DNA of 64,000 bases from Balanoglossus misakiensis (GCA_040954595.2 CM082581.2:3774699-3838698), one strand, 5' to 3'. Positions 12,096-26,627 are shown, counted from the stretch's first letter. Numbers and translations: made by a program. The notes: generated from the letters alone by a model not told the origin.

Positions 12096-14151
12096 CTGAA
12101 AAATACAATAATTGACACAACATTGAAAATACTTTTATTTCTTAGTTGACTGTCATGATTTGGACTATCACCAAGAACCAAGATTGATCTGAAGTTTGAG
12201 AAAAAAGTTTCAACAGTATGCAATTTTACATAACAAAAACATTATTTTCCAACAGACATGCCTACGGTATCTCTGGAGCATATCTTTACTTTCAGGGCCA
12301 ATAGACACATGACTATAATATATGTACAACCTTCAGAACTCTATTTACACTGAATTGATTTTAAAAAGTAATGATTCTCAAAAACTGCCGAGGGAAATGG
12401 TCGCGATTGAATCCCCGGAATTAGAAATGTTCACTGTTGGACCAGACCCTCAAAGTGATGAGACAGACAATTTTTTTTTTAATTTAAATTTCATTAAAAT
12501 ATCCAGAATAACTTACAAATTTGAGATTCAAAAATACAAGAAAAAATTATGAGGATCGAAAAGTATGTGAAAGAAAAATGATGATGTAAATTATAATATT
12601 TCGTTTAATTTGTATTAGTACTTCAATTTTATAGTCAGCTGATGTATTCCAGAGATGTCACCTCTTTTAACAACTAATGAGCCATCATGTATTCATTAGT
12701 GGCTAAACACTTGTATAAAATAACTTCTCAAATATTTAAGTGGAATAAATTCTCAAATAAGTGGAAACAAGGATCTCACGCAACAGGAACTTCACTCTTT
12801 TGACAGAAAAAAAAATTCAAGCAATTCACAAATTGCACAAAAGACATCACCAGCAGATATGTTGGATTCTTAACTACCGGTACTTGACCTTTGAAATCTC
12901 AATACCCAGAGAATGACTGTTACTCAGAAAATCCCATACTTTTAAACCTGAGTACATCTCACAACACTCTCACACAGACACCTACAGTTAGCTATTTGAT
13001 ACATCTAAAGCTCTTTCTTTTTTGATGGCTTAGATGACTTCCTGAAACGGAGTACAGCCTGCAGGTAGCTGGCAATTAAGTGAGGATTACAGACTGGAAA
13101 CTGATGTCTTCTGCTGACTAGAAATTACAAACCTGTATTGTATGAAAGGGAATAATAAACCATCCCTCTAAGCCTCTCCGCATGATACACATAATACAAC
13201 AATCCGATCAGAAAAAAATGCCCAGTGGCTGAGAGGAAAAGCAACCTGTTTAGACTTCAGTGCACAGTAAGCACATCATCAAATAATTAAGAAATGTCAC
13301 TGTTGATGACATAGTGCCCACTGAGAAATTTTAAATGTCAAACTACCACACACAAAAAAACATCAATTCACCATGCAACAAAAGAAAAGCCGACACTACA
13401 ACAGAAACAAATAAAACTTCATTAGTTAAAGTGACAAAATGTTCATTTACTTTATCAAAGTCAACAAGCAAATGAATTGTACTGGTATTCAACTGTCATT
13501 TATACAGTAGAGTTCCTCTACATGGCAAAAAAATGTGAATACCATTTATCAAAATCATGTAAACTTTAAAAAAATGATATTAAAATGCAATGGTGATATT
13601 TTCATCAAAAATTTGGCACATCATAACAAGGACACCGCTTCCTTCACATCAAATTGCAAAGAAACTGGACCAACAAGCAGCAGACTCTGAAAAATCGGCC
13701 AGTGTCTGGGCATGAAAACAATATCGTCTCAGCCATGTTAGACTAAAACTACCACGCAATTTTGAAAATGTGCGTTGATGTAATGGTCACATGTAGTTAA
13801 GCTGCAGCTACATACATGAATGTGGATACAATGAGATTGTGTTCTTTATAATTTAATCAATGTCTGCATTCCAAAAAAATGTGCAACACAAAGTGTCTGG
13901 GATAATATCTAACCTTGATCCAGAGCTACATTGTATAAAAGTGTTCCACACAAAAAATACGTGCATTGTGACAAAAGAGGTTTTGGTGCAAGAGTAGCAA
14001 TTCATTAATACGCTTGTACAGTATGTATATAACCCTGGATGCATGTGGAGGTTGCCAAGAAATATTGACCCTGTGCTGTCAAATGTTTCAATGATGGCAT
14101 GTTTCACTGACACTGATTGGCTCATCATTATCATGGGGAGAACATATTATG

Positions 14152-14280
14152 AGGTTATTACGAAAATACCGTAAAGTATGCACGAGGACATTAGCGCTGA
14201 GTATCGCCCGACGCGCAGCGGAGGGCGATGCGCTGCGCTAATGTCCGAGTGCATACTTTGCGGTATTTTCGTAATAACCT
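14152..14280. mobile_element. Palindromic hairpin element (Crypton-like, tentative); degraded relative at about 29315-29427
   Basis: AGGTTATTACGAAAATACCGTAAAGTATGCAC...GTGCATACTTTGCGGTATTTTCGTAATAACCT with a GC-rich central loop; no clear TSD. Confidence 0.6.
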
Positions 14281-14523
14281 TATTATTATACATCTTACAT
14301 CTCCGTTAGTTCTTGTGTTGCATGTTACTTGTTTCAAAATGCCGATACAATCGATCGAAAACCGCTCAGTTGACTCAGTGAGCAGCCATCTTTCTTTTTT
14401 GTTTACGTGCGTTGGAGTGGGGCTGTCTTGAAACCTATTGTTCTCGGCACTAGATGTATAATAATATGCTATATACATGTAGTGTCGCCAAATTTTCAAA
14501 ATGACCCGAATACATCTCAAGTA

Positions 14524-14692
14524 CTGTAAAACGGGAAATTTTCCTGATATCAAAAGAGGCAACTGTTACGTGACTATTAATTTTTGTGTTCTCGTATTTC
14601 ACTGCATCGCTATCTTCGAAAAACATTTTTACGCGACTTTTTTATCTTTGGAGCTCTCACGTCGTTCGCAAAAATTTCCTGATTTAATACAG
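14524..14692. mobile_element. TA-target MITE, same family (opposite orientation, damaged right end)
   Basis: TA|CTGTAAAACGGGAAATTTTCC...ATACAG|TA; the interior is the reverse complement of the 8577 copy. Confidence 0.75.
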
Positions 14693-15076
14693 TATTAAAT
14701 GCTCAGTCCACATCAAATCAATATAGAGAATGATGTCAGGTGAAGTTGACATGATATAAACCTGGTACTTGGGCTTGAATTGCATATTTGTGTACTGCAC
14801 GTTGAAATATCACCAGAACTTGAGTTTGACATTCTAATTACAAAATGTGGTGTGGACATAGGAATACTGATTGCAGTTCGAGTTTAGAATTAATCTAGTA
14901 GCAAGACTTCGACCTTTATACGGCAAAACAGTAAGAATACAGTATACTGGTAGTAGTATTTTACCCACAATGTACATTCATATTCAACAGCAGGGCTAAG
15001 GACAGCTGAACTTGACAGCACGGAGATAGATAATTGGACATACATGTATGCCCTTATTTTTCTTTCTATAATTTAA

Positions 15077-15311
15077 AGCGAAGGGGTCGTCGCGCCGCGT
15101 TTGTTTGTTTATAAACATTACAATTCATCCACAAATCCCTGAAATTAGATAATTCTTAGAATGAATGAAGCGGGCAACCGTAGCATAGACTGGGCATGAC
15201 AGCAACTGAAGATCCTAGTAGGTCGTGGCGACTTCAGTGGGGTTTGTGCTGGTATGGGAGGACATAGTCTCATCAAAGGGGACACCCACGCGGCGTGACG
15301 ACCGCGTCCCT
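15077..15311. mobile_element. TTAA-target Kolobok-type MITE
   Basis: TTAA|AGCGAAGGGGTCGTCGCGCCGCGT...ACGCGGCGTGACGACCGCGTCCCT|TTAA. Confidence 0.8.
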
Positions 15312-15344
15312 TTAAGCTTACTGATCTCATCTGAACATTATTAA

Positions 15345-15947
15345 AGCCCCAGTATTTCTCGTGTGTATCCATTTTTCATCATCGAAAAAAGCCCGTTTTT
15401 CCCGTACATCCATCATGGAATACTATATAATGAAGATGTAAGAAAGGTTTGGGCAATTGTAGCTACATGCAAGCCGAAAATATCGCCCGTAACACTTGAA
15501 ATGATGCGCGGGTTTGTGTACAACGGAAATGTTGCACATGTCGATCAGCAAACGTGCCACTTTGACATTTTGATGGTCAGACCATTTTCGGATTTGATCT
15601 GGTTCCATCGACTGATTTCTCCCATAAAGTTATCTTCCCAAAATTTCGCCGAATTAGTGCGCATTTCTTCGCTGAGTCGCTTGATTTGGGGCGACCAAAC
15701 CTCTTCCGCATAGATTCACATTTGAGTGCGCATGCGCACTAGTCACGTGTGTCAACATAAGCCTGACTCACGTGACTTTCTGTCCGGACAGAAAGTCATT
15801 CTTCACTCGTTATATTGTAAATTGTATGAGTTTATCAGCAGAGCTGGGGATGATGACTGTTCGATTCAGTATCAATTATCATCTACTTTTAGAAATTATA
15901 GATGCCGTTTCAAACAAAATTTTGCCCCTACGAGAAATACTGTGGCT
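15345..15947. mobile_element. TTAA-target Kolobok-type non-autonomous element, long (603 bp) form
   Basis: TTAA|AGCCCCAGTATTTCTCGT...ACGAGAAATACTGTGGCT|TTAA; shorter derivatives at 50397 and 55231. Confidence 0.85.
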
Positions 15948-17156
15948 TTAAAGCTGGCAGAATGCTTTAATTTTATCACTGATAATCTTGAATGATAATT
16001 GCACAAAATTGACAAAAACCACAATATAATATGGTCAATCACTCTAATTATCTTATTATCATGATCAGATAATTATTTTATAGCTCCGTTTTTGACATCA
16101 CGAGGAGCCAGAAACTGCAATTTTATCATCAATTACGTCTCATAAGTCTACATTTCCTGTTAACGGTAATTGATAATATTTATTTTCTTGCAGGCTACTC
16201 AGGGAGAACATGGACTGCAATGACAGATCATGTTTTATTGTCTGATTAATTTATCAATGAGAAGCAAGATTTACCCAAGCATTCATCAATAAATTGGAAT
16301 CTTGTCTTGTATTGCACTCCTTACAAATTCGGCCACCATTTTATTCATCTTTAATGTTTCAGTTCATCATTTTGATCTGAAAAATTGTTAATCTCCTTCA
16401 AACGATTATTGTGATCTGTTACCATGACATTTCACTTCCTTTGTAGTAAATCTTTTTGGAACCCATGGATTTATAGCGCTATTTCATAATTCAAACATGA
16501 CTGAAATCTTCATAAATTATATACAAAGATGACCAATGTAAAGAGAAATAATGCAAACCAATTTCTTTCTACATGAAAACACATCACTGCAAGAAAAACA
16601 TGTTGATCATGTTAAAGGGAGAGAGTCATTTTAGTTTTTTTATAGTTTATTTATCTTGTTCTGTTCACTGACCAGTTATTAAAACTCAACTCTCGCCCAC
16701 AAAATTTAAGTATGATTATGTTGGCAAATATTTTCCTCAATTACAATAATACCTGCTTCATGACAATTTGCTCAGATTTCATAACAATTTGAACAGGTAA
16801 AAACAACCTAATTATTTATATAATTGTATTCTAAGAGTGAAACAACCATTTTGGAAGTTTTTTTACTAAAATGGAAAACATTAATTTCCTGCAAAATTAA
16901 ATATTTTGGACTCAATTTTAACAAATCTGACTTAGATCATCCATAGAGAGCTGGACCTGTATTCTGAATATTAAAAATGTATGACCAGAAGTCAACTGTT
17001 GATGGCTGGGCGGACATCGGATGCGTCTGAATAATCAGCTTATCTGATAGGCTCTGTATTGCTGACAGCAGAGTTTATAAAATACAGAAAAAACATACAT
17101 GAAAAGATTTAGAGGGAACAGATTATGCATTGCATGATTCAGTAATCTCCTCTTAA

Positions 17157-17503
17157 AGGCTGACAACCATCTTGTGTGCATGTGCGTAATTTCGTGTGTG
17201 CAAACAAGTTACATTCAATCCAAATGTTCTGCAAATTTTGCGTTCATCACATTCAAATAGTGGCCTGCCTTCGCTTCCTTCCAAATTTCATGCGCACTGT
17301 ACATAAGTACATTTTGTAGACTTTAGTTTTGTCCCTTCTTTTCACCCAATTTGCTGTCTTTTCCCGATCTCCGACACAGACTATGGTCACCACCATCTTG
17401 TCTGTTGTTAGGACAGCATGCTGCCTTAGGGCATTGGCTGTATACAATTTTTTGCAACCAGAGTCTCTGGTTTGGCACATGCGCATAAGATGATCATCAC
17501 CCT
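17157..17503. mobile_element. Degraded TTAA-target MITE
   Basis: TTAA|AGGCTGACAACCATCTTGTGTGCATGTGC...GCACATGCGCATAAGATGATCATCACCCT|TCAA, an imperfect TIR of about 29 bp. Confidence 0.6.
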
Positions 17504-17879
17504 TCAATTTTAGTGGATGAACTTACATGATTCTTCAATCTCACTTTTGGTCCAGAAATTTTGGCCTATCATAATTTTTTTCTTTTCATCAGATATAGTG
17601 CACATAAATAATTTATCATAAAGACAAAGATGGCAAAATCATGGAGCTAAGCTTACCAGTAGTAGATACATTTTTTATGCAAGTACACCGATTTACAGAA
17701 TAATCTTCCTATCCAAAATAATCCAACTAACATACAAATGTAATTTTCGGGATTTCAGCATGTTTTATTAAAATGCCTAGGGTATCACATCAAAAATTTG
17801 TGTCTTGTATAAACTGGTGATCATTGTCATCATATCTGAGCACCTCTTACTGGCAAATCACCACAAACAAATTGTGGTC

Positions 17880-17984
17880 GGGAAAGTAATTTCAAATAAA
17901 GCAATCACGTAGGCTGTTATGAAAAATTGGCTGACTAGGTGTTGTGACAGGCTATTTGATTGGCTTATCGGAAATTACTTTCCC
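17880..17984. repeat. Imperfect inverted repeat, probably a MITE relic
   Basis: GGGAAAGTAATTTC...GAAATTACTTTCCC with arms of about 40 bp. Confidence 0.5.
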
Positions 17985-18765
17985 ACAGTGTCCAAGCAAA
18001 AAGTACTCAACATGAAATGTGGTTCGAGTTGCAGTAATATCTTTCGGAACTCAGCGGTTTTTTTTTTGGCAATTTGGAAGAACGAGTAAATTATGGCTCA
18101 AAATGCGAGAGTGTATTTAATGATAGTTCACACCAGTAATTTTCATGTCTCTGGTAGTGAATTACGCATTATAGATACTGTTTGTGAGTTGAAATGTTTC
18201 TGTGTGACCTATTAGGTACATGTACTGTAGCTCAAATCCCTTGAGTATAAAGTATAGGAATATTATAGTGGTTGGGTAGAAAGTTTGAGTATAGGTCCAG
18301 GGCATTGTGTGTGTGATGTTCTCAGTGGTCTGGCTTTCATTTTACATTTTATGCTTTATTCATGTCTTTATTTAAACAAACATACATTTGAACTATTTAG
18401 CTATGTTGGTATTTACTCCATGTATTATGTATGTATTCATTAACAAACAAGCAAAGTTTAATACCAACACAATCAGTGCCTGTGTTCTCAGTGTGAATGT
18501 ACATCTGAGTTGTTAGTACAAGCTGTCTCCATAACGTAACAAATGCCAGTAAAATGCTCACTGACTAAGATCATTCAAAAACATCATTATAATTTATGTG
18601 ATCATCTGAATCAAAACCAATACTGTAATATTTACCATGTGCAGCGGCCGGTACAGGAACTGTAACAGATGCATGCTATAGCAAATCTGTATTACTGCAT
18701 GATCCGAAACTAAATAAACCTAATCTATTATTAATCCAAACTGGGGAATATTTGCAAAACTTTAA

Positions 18766-19121
18766 AGGGACCAAGTCTCACTCTCTGCCCTTTTTCCATG
18801 GCATTAATTATGTTTGATACAAGACACCGTTTATGTCTTTCCAAATGTGGATATACACATGTACATGTATAGTGAATCAATGTTCAACCACACACAACTT
18901 CCATCCCTCTTGTAGACACGAGAGTGAAAAACTTGCCAAAATGAATAATCAATCTCTACCATTTATTCATTTTGACAAGATTTTTACTCTCATATCCTAC
19001 AAACGGGATGGAAGTTGTGTGTGGTCGAACGTTGATTCACTATATATCCACATGTAGAATAACATAAACATTGTCTTGTATCAAACATACATAATGGAAA
19101 AAGGACAGCGAGAGAGAGACT
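18766..19121. mobile_element. TTAA fold-back MITE, same family (right tip lost)
   Basis: TTAA|AGGGACCAAGTCTC..., interior collinear with 2363-2692. Confidence 0.8.
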
Positions 19122-20643
19122 ATGCCAGATGCATAACACTTCATAGAAATGTTGCTATTCAATTGATCATGCTACAGTATCAGCAACAATGACAAGAGGA
19201 CCACGCAAACTGCCATTTAAAGATTACAGCAGGCAAATTGAAATGAATAACAAGATCTTTTGAAGAACAGCTAGGGCGTCCAATTTTCTAAACATGGCAT
19301 GTATGTAGAGTTTCTGGTGTCCTCAATAAAAATTGTCATCCTCTGTCAGAAATCACTCACCAAAAGTGTCCATAAAGTTATATTTTATAACAACACCAAT
19401 GGCAATCATCTTGGCTGAGTTGGAGAGGACTGATTGAACTTTTATAAAAGAAACAACATACATGTAGTGAGCACAGTGTGGTCATCCAGAGAGTTGGTAC
19501 ATGTACATGGTCCAATTTTGAACACAGTTTCTTTTTAACATCAATTAAACCTCACACAAGTCCCTTCTACGCCACAGCTTCCATTTTTATGCAAATTTAG
19601 GTGATTCTATCGCCATTCAACTCGTGGAAAAAATCAAAAATTCAGATTCTATGGAAAATCTTTGTTGTAATCCTGGGGTATCGATCGCACGGCCTGAACA
19701 TCGGATAAGCTCCTTATGTTGCAAATCTGCAGATCGTCTAAAGGTTACAGATTAAATGTGATTTTTTGTAGCCACTTCACAATAATAAAAGACTATCAAA
19801 GCCCCTAGAGCTGCCAAATTTCACATCTTTTTCCACAGTAAAATACTTCGAATATATTCCCTATCCTCTAAAATCCTCACCATATTACTTGTATTTGCAT
19901 CAGTTTGTCATCTCTTGGCGACGCGTACTATGATAGCTGCATACTGTTTGTATGGAGGCTGATTAAATTGACGCGGCACAGTTTTAATACATAGCGTGTT
20001 CAAATTGCAACATGCAGTCACAATCGGGCATCGATAAGGTGTTCATGTATACATTGATACCAGAAATACATTGATAAGGATATAGGCAAGAGTTCGTTTC
20101 ACTATTTGACACAGCATGGTGTCTGTTTACCAACTCAATTTTCAATTCATCAGCAAAGGGATAATTTTTCCCCCTAAAGCACATGGGCAGTTAAAATCAT
20201 GCCCAATATTGTTCAGTATAAAATTACTCTTCTGATTTGCTTGATATAAAAGTTTGTTGGGAGTAAAATGAAGTATACAATAGAAGATATGTGCGACTTG
20301 ATTACAGTGGGAGGCGGGGTCTGGAAAACAAGCTTACAAGTTCTGAGAAATCACAGAGGTCTGAGGAGATTTTGAAAACTGGCATTATGGAAATCAGATA
20401 CATATAAAGCTACATCCAGATGTAATCCACCCTTTAGGTAATTGTATTCAGTTACATGGCATTGATGCCAATCCCTGCAGAAGTCTGATAAGTTATTCAT
20501 ATTTGTCAAAATATCATCAATGTTTCCTTGGAAACTGTAAGAGGAAGATTATTTATAAGAAAGTGTAATGAGAATATTTTACATGTAATAGAAGCCATCA
20601 AAAAAGATTCACAACTTATCCATTTTGTCACTAGCTGTATTAA

Positions 20644-21305
20644 AGGGGAAGTATAGTCCGGCTGATTTCTACATAATTTGAGGTCACTGTTCGAAAAATA
20701 ACATTTTCGCCATTTTTTTTACAAAAATGAGGAAAAATTGGTAGAATTTCCAACATGGCGTTTACTGTAATTTTAATCATAGGAAATACATGTAAGCGCT
20801 AGGTCTAACTTTAGCCAAACATGATATGAGTGATACCATTTTCAGATTGGTATCACTGCACACCAATACATTTCTAATCAAATTCCTTGGACAAATAATT
20901 GTTTTTTTACAAAAGAGTTGTCAATAGTAAACCAATAGAAAGTTCTTTCAATGAATTTTATTGTGCTATTATCATCATTTCAGTACCAGAAGTGTTTGTT
21001 TGTTTGCTTTGGTTCTTAAAGGAGCAGATTTAAGAAAATTGACTTGAAGATTTATAACTGCCACCTAGCAATTGCAATGGTCAAAAATGTAACAAAACAA
21101 TCTGAAATTTGTTTGTTCTGTCAATATTAAATATCGTGCCTTACAAATTATTTTTTTTTACACTTTTGTCATTAGCAAATTTGCGTAATAACACTTACAT
21201 ATTGAGAAGACTTCCACACATTCTTTTTTACTTACACTATTTAGAAACAAAGACAATGTCAAAATGATAAACTGAAAAGAGACATGTATTTGATATACTA
21301 CCCCT
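20644..21305. mobile_element. TTAA-target Kolobok-type element
   Basis: TTAA|AGGGGAAGTATA...TATACTACCCCT|TTAA (short TIR only). Confidence 0.55.
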
Positions 21306-22823
21306 TTAACACATTTTCCCAAGATGACTAACTACATTCATAGCTTGCAGAATTTCAAATGATATTTCTTGTGAACATCACAAGCTGAAGGTATCTCGAT
21401 AATAGAATATATATGTATTTTGACATTTTTTGTTTTCAATAAAAAAAATAATCCAAAATTATGAAAAATTTTGGGTTTATCAAAAGTGTAGCAAGTTATC
21501 TTTCTACTCACTGAAATGTTCGATGTCTTTATTTAAAGCAAAATGTTTTATTTTAAAGTTTAATTAGCACAAAATAATATAAAAACACTTTTTGAATTTA
21601 TGCACATACTTTTTGAGGGACGGTCAAGAAATGTGTGCACAGCGCATTGTCTATTTTAAAGTATTCAACCACTCATTTCACTTTTGTAATCCCACGGCAT
21701 ATTTACATTTGTTTAGTTTGCTAGAGAGTCAGTTTATTTACTATGACCAAATGCAAATCACATCTACAGGGTACCTTGTTGTGGTGTTGTGATGGAAACG
21801 TAAACAAACATACAGATCTCCCTAGTTCTACTCCACTGAGTCAGAGGTGAATCATCTTGACAAAATATATATGCGGTCGGAACAGTACGGTTGTGTAGCT
21901 TCATATTAAATACAATGAACACAATGTAGAAACTGAGTCTGTTTGGATATTTGATGATATGGATGAGTGTTATCATGACATAGATTGACTAGAGAATAAA
22001 TCTGGGTATTTTCTGTTCTGCTTGTGCATGTGATAAGATGTCAAGACTGAATAATAACTACAAGAACAGGTAATCAAATAAATTCATAAACATGTCATAA
22101 TCATGACAAATAATCGCATAAAAATTAAAAGTTTAAATAAAGATATCACGCTAATTTTTGCTGTGTTTTCACCCCATACAGGACTGTCTTGAGACTTCTT
22201 ACAACTTTATGGGGCAAAAATATATCTTAATTTAGATAGAAATGTTTCACAAAATCACTGTTTTCTTCATGCTTTTGACATCTCTAGAAGCTTCAAAACC
22301 AACTTTCACAGCAAAAAAGAAGTACCGGTAGCTTCTAGTATAGGATTTTTACCTACGGTAACCAAAAAATGTCTAAAAACACTATTTTGCTAACTTTAGC
22401 ATATAATCATGTGTATCAGAGCAAAAGGGAGCTAAATACACAAAATATCCGACACATAAAATATGATACAGAAATACATGTCGACACAATCTGATGCAGG
22501 TTCCACATTTACCAATATGTCTTTTTTTTCTTTTGTCCTCAGACCCAGCTGGTGACATGTTAATCCATGGCATTGAAAGGGCTGTTCCTACAACACAGAT
22601 TTACATTTGACGTGATACATATATTGTAATCAAACATATTTGGCTGCATTTTTAAAGGGTGACAGCTGTCACACTACATGTACATGTGACCAAACCAACA
22701 AGTATGTAGGAAAAGTACACTGGAAAGAGTTAAATGTAACAATTTTTTGCATTATGAAAATATTATAACATTCAACCCTTGTCCTGCCATGGGTGTGCCA
22801 CCTTGCCAAGTACATGTAGTTAA

Positions 22824-23158
22824 AGGGACAAAGTCTCTCTCTCGATGCCCTTTTTCCAATAATTATGTTTGATACAAGACACCATTTATGTTATTTTACA
22901 TGTACATGTGGATGTTGACTTCACACAACTTCCATCCCGTTTGTAGGATATGAGAGTAAAAACTCACCCAAAATGAATAAATGGTAGAGACCATTTATTA
23001 ATTTTGGCGAGTATTTTCACTCTCGTGTCCACAAGTGGGATGGAAGGTGTGTGTGGTTGAACGTTGATTCACTATATATCCACATGTAGAATAACATAAA
23101 CGGTGTCTTGTATCAAATATAATTAATGGAGAAGAGCAATGAGAGAGACTTTGTCCCT
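22824..23158. mobile_element. TTAA fold-back MITE, same family
   Basis: TTAA|AGGGACAAAGTCTCTCTC...GAGAGAGACTTTGTCCCT|TTAA. Confidence 0.85.
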
Positions 23159-25164
23159 TTAAGGGAATTGTCGAATATTCTCTGTCAAAAAATGAAGAAA
23201 ACACCCCACATTTCAGGATAAATTGCTCTGTGATGAGGCTGCAATTTTTCTGAGTGCCCATTTCCTTTGCTAGGCAAATTGGTGCTGGTCATGTATGTGG
23301 ATAGGATCCCAACAGTAGACACTCATATATCACTGGAATAGATTACATCACCTGCTCAAAACAACAATTTTTTCCACAAACACCATCACGACTAGGAGAG
23401 GCTTTCTGGTTATATACATGTAAGGCCTGAGATTGATTTTCAGGTTAATGTCGTTTCTACAGGTCCTGAAGATAGTAAGATTAAACAGCATGCCGTCACA
23501 CATGCCGATTCTGAACTGTACATTGTACATGTAAGACTGAAGAACATTTCTGACAAGGTAGGACATCTAGCAGAAATATCTCAGAATCAGCATGTTTGAC
23601 ACCTGAGTAAAAAACGATGTGATCACGGAATCCGATAATCTACTTTAGGTCTCTGGACTACGTGTTTTTTCACACATTTGCTCACTCACAATTACGTCTA
23701 GCCATATGCCCAAGATACATTTTACCAAACCGATAAATATGGCTATTTGCATGTCAAATGACTCCAACCAAGGAAACCCCGGTCACTGCATCACCTGATC
23801 ATGATTATGACGTCATAGAAGTCAATCAGTCAACCTGAACCACATGCCATTTCTCAGCTTATACCAGAAACCATGTTGACTTTTCATTGAACCAAATTTC
23901 CAATTTGGGGTACCACATGACTAAAAGTCACAAACTTTAATTTTGATCTGCCCTTTCATCAGGCAATTTGTCACTGAAGCAAATATCACATGTCCTGGTA
24001 GTAAATTCAATTTCAGCAAATTTTATTTATACGTCTGGAAGCTGTGTTTGGATTGTAAGTCACAAAACCAGTCCAGCAGCTGTCACAGTAATCACAACAC
24101 GATTAGTTTTCTCGTCTATGCCCTACCACCAACTGCTGCTTCTTATATTTACAGTCGACTGCCTGCTTGGTTCAAATATGTAAAACTGCAATCAACAAGG
24201 ATGGGGTTAGTTTTTATCGAGAGGGATGGGGTTAGTCAAGGTCTTTATAAAAATATTATAAGTCTTTCCTCAGTTAAAGGGACATTACCTGTAACTTTTA
24301 GCTTTATTTCAAGTACATGTATGTGTGTAGCGACCATTGTTGTTGTTGACAAATGAATTCTAGTCCGGACTTGAATTCCAATTTTGCACAATAACAATGC
24401 TGACTATACACATAAGTTGGTTGCTAAGCTAAATGCTGGGTGTTTCATCTTATTTCATGCTTGAATTTGATCAAGAATCAGCAGTACATGTAGGCGCACA
24501 CAAAAAACACCGAAGTCATAGCAAAAAAGTTGCTCAGCTAATGGAGCTTTAACAAATTATTGTCACTGCAGACAAAGGAGAAGGTATGTTGGTGTGAAAT
24601 ATCCAATCAGCAGGCATGTCACACCTACCAACACTTGTACAAGTACAAGGCTGGAACAAATAAGTTTTGGCATGTTTCACACAGCATTTGTTTTAAACAA
24701 TTTTATCAAGTGTTTGACAACAGAGATGGCTATAAATTGTTGTGAAATCCTAAATTATCCCAACTTGTTCATGTTCCAGTACTTTTAATGGTGTCTACAG
24801 TACATTTTACCACTCAATGTTTGTGATTCAAACAAGACTTATCTCACGATTAGCAATAAAAAACTAATGTCAAGGGCACTTTACCATATACCGGTAGTTT
24901 ATCAGTTATAGCAATAGAGTGATGAATTTCCTGCACAAAATCACTCAACCACAGTGCCTTTAGAATAACCGTAGATAAACACAATGAATGAGATACATGT
25001 AGCTGATTAACAAATCTGATAGAAAACACCCTGCAACGCAAAGCAATTTATGACAATTAGAATTTTTCACTAAAACTTATCAAACATAAAACATCCCTGA
25101 GACAATGAAAACCAAATTCAAAGGCAATTGTGGTTGGCAATCAGACCCAAAATACAATATTTAT

Positions 25165-25288
25165 CTTTACGGCCCTGATACAGGATTTGTAGATCGAGGT
25201 TGTATGGCAGAAGCGCCGACTGCAGGGAAGGCGCGAACGCCTTACCGTAACAATCGAGGTCCACAAATCCTGTATCAGGGCTGTAAAG
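25165..25288. mobile_element. Palindromic hairpin repeat element
   Basis: CTTTACGGCCCTGATACAGGATTTGT...ACAAATCCTGTATCAGGGCTGTAAAG inverted arms. Confidence 0.55.
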
Positions 25289-25394
25289 GTTTTACCATAC
25301 TGGTACCATAAATATTTGGCACATGCGTATGACACGATCGTCACCCTTTAAAATACCATATATACCAAGAACTTATCATTGTACTGTCTTTTAC

Positions 25395-26210
25395 CGAAGA
25401 TAATGCTGCTAGAATGCTTTCAAAACGTTGCATTTCCAAAGTCAGGTATAGGATGTTTGCAAATTTCTTGAGTGTAAATGTCGATAAGACTGAATTTGTT
25501 ATTTTTTCTTCTATTTCAGGTCATCTGTCTGCCAGAGGGATTACATGTACAGTAATTGCTCTGACTCCCGTCCATTGTCGGACTAAGAGCCTGGAAGTCA
25601 TCCTTGACTCTTTGTCTGACAATGAAACCACATATTGCACACATCTGCCGTTCAGTTACTTTTCATTTGCGTCGTATTGCACTTGTCCGTAAACATTTAC
25701 ATGTATCTCAACCAGCCACAGAGCAATTAGTTCAGGCTTTTATTAAATCTTGAAAAGATTCATGTAATTCACTTTTATTTAGGCTCCCTAAGTACCAGAT
25801 GAGCCGTATTCAACGTGTTCGAAAGATTGTTGCTAGAATTGTAACTCGTTTCAAAATCACCTTTCACATCACTCCAATTTTTGTATCAGTTGCATTGGGT
25901 ACCTAGGCTGTTTCAAAATGTAATGTTTTCAAGATTTTACTTCTTATTTTCAAATCCATTCATAGGCTAAGACCAATTTATCTTTCAGATATGACCAAAT
26001 TATATGTTCCAAATCACAGCTTGAGGTCAGCTGATCAGTTCAAACTCTGTCCTGTTCAATCATGTACTAAGAAATATGGTGATCATGCTTTTACTTTTGC
26101 AGCTCCTATTCTTTGGAATAATCTCCTGTTAAAATCCGTCAGTCACCAAATGTATCTGCTTTTAATTCAAGTGTGAAAACTCTTACTTCTTAAAACTGCT
26201 TTAACTAATT
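25395..26210 (+). mobile_element. Degraded 3' fragment of an L2/CR1-group LINE (ORF2 C-terminus)
   Basis: Broken frames read LSVNVDKTEFVIF, KSLEVILDS, YFHLRRI, HITPI..QLHW, FKILLLIFKSIH, YVPNHSLRS, YGDHAFTFAAPILWNNL, with frameshifts and stops. Confidence 0.85.
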
Positions 26211-26427
26211 GTTTGTAGTATGTTTTTCTTTTGTTGCGTACTTTTTTGTATTTTATTGCTTTTTAACTTATTTTCATAGTGTATTTTTATATCAGCATCC
26301 TTGATCACATTTTTGTGGAGACTCACGCTTTAAAAATAATGATTGTTATTACTCCCTGTTATAAACCAGCAATGTCTCCCACTATAATGAAGACACCTAC
26401 CAGATGTCTGCTAAGCTCATTTAAATA

Positions 26428-26627
26428 CTGTAAAACGGGATCGGAAATTTAAGTGAATGATACATTGCGAATTTCACGAGAGCAAAAAATATGAAAATAA
26501 AAAGTCACATAAAAATGTTTTCCGGAGATATCGATGCAGTGAAATACAAGAAGGAGAAAATTAATCGTCACATAACGTTAACAGTTGCCACTTCTGATCA
26601 TTATCGTGAAAATTTCCCGTTTTACAG
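26428..26627. mobile_element. TA-target MITE, same family
   Basis: TA|CTGTAAAACGGG...AAATTTCCCGTTTTACAG|TA. Confidence 0.8.

Noticed and set aside
15363-15995. ORFs and a CpG-rich patch with CACGTG motifs that resemble a promoter or first exon
   Set aside because: They lie almost entirely within the TTAA-flanked element 15345-15947, which recurs in the CTHRC1 introns.
19984-20184. Cys-containing minus-strand ORF as an extra exon between 30888 and 12095
   Set aside because: The acceptor phase fits, but there is no good phase-2 donor and no homology. It cannot be excluded without transcripts.
22513-22587. Candidate minus-strand exon TALSMPWINMSPAGSEDKRKKRHI
   Set aside because: Its phase is 1-1, incompatible on its own with the phase-2 junctions on either side. 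No homology support.
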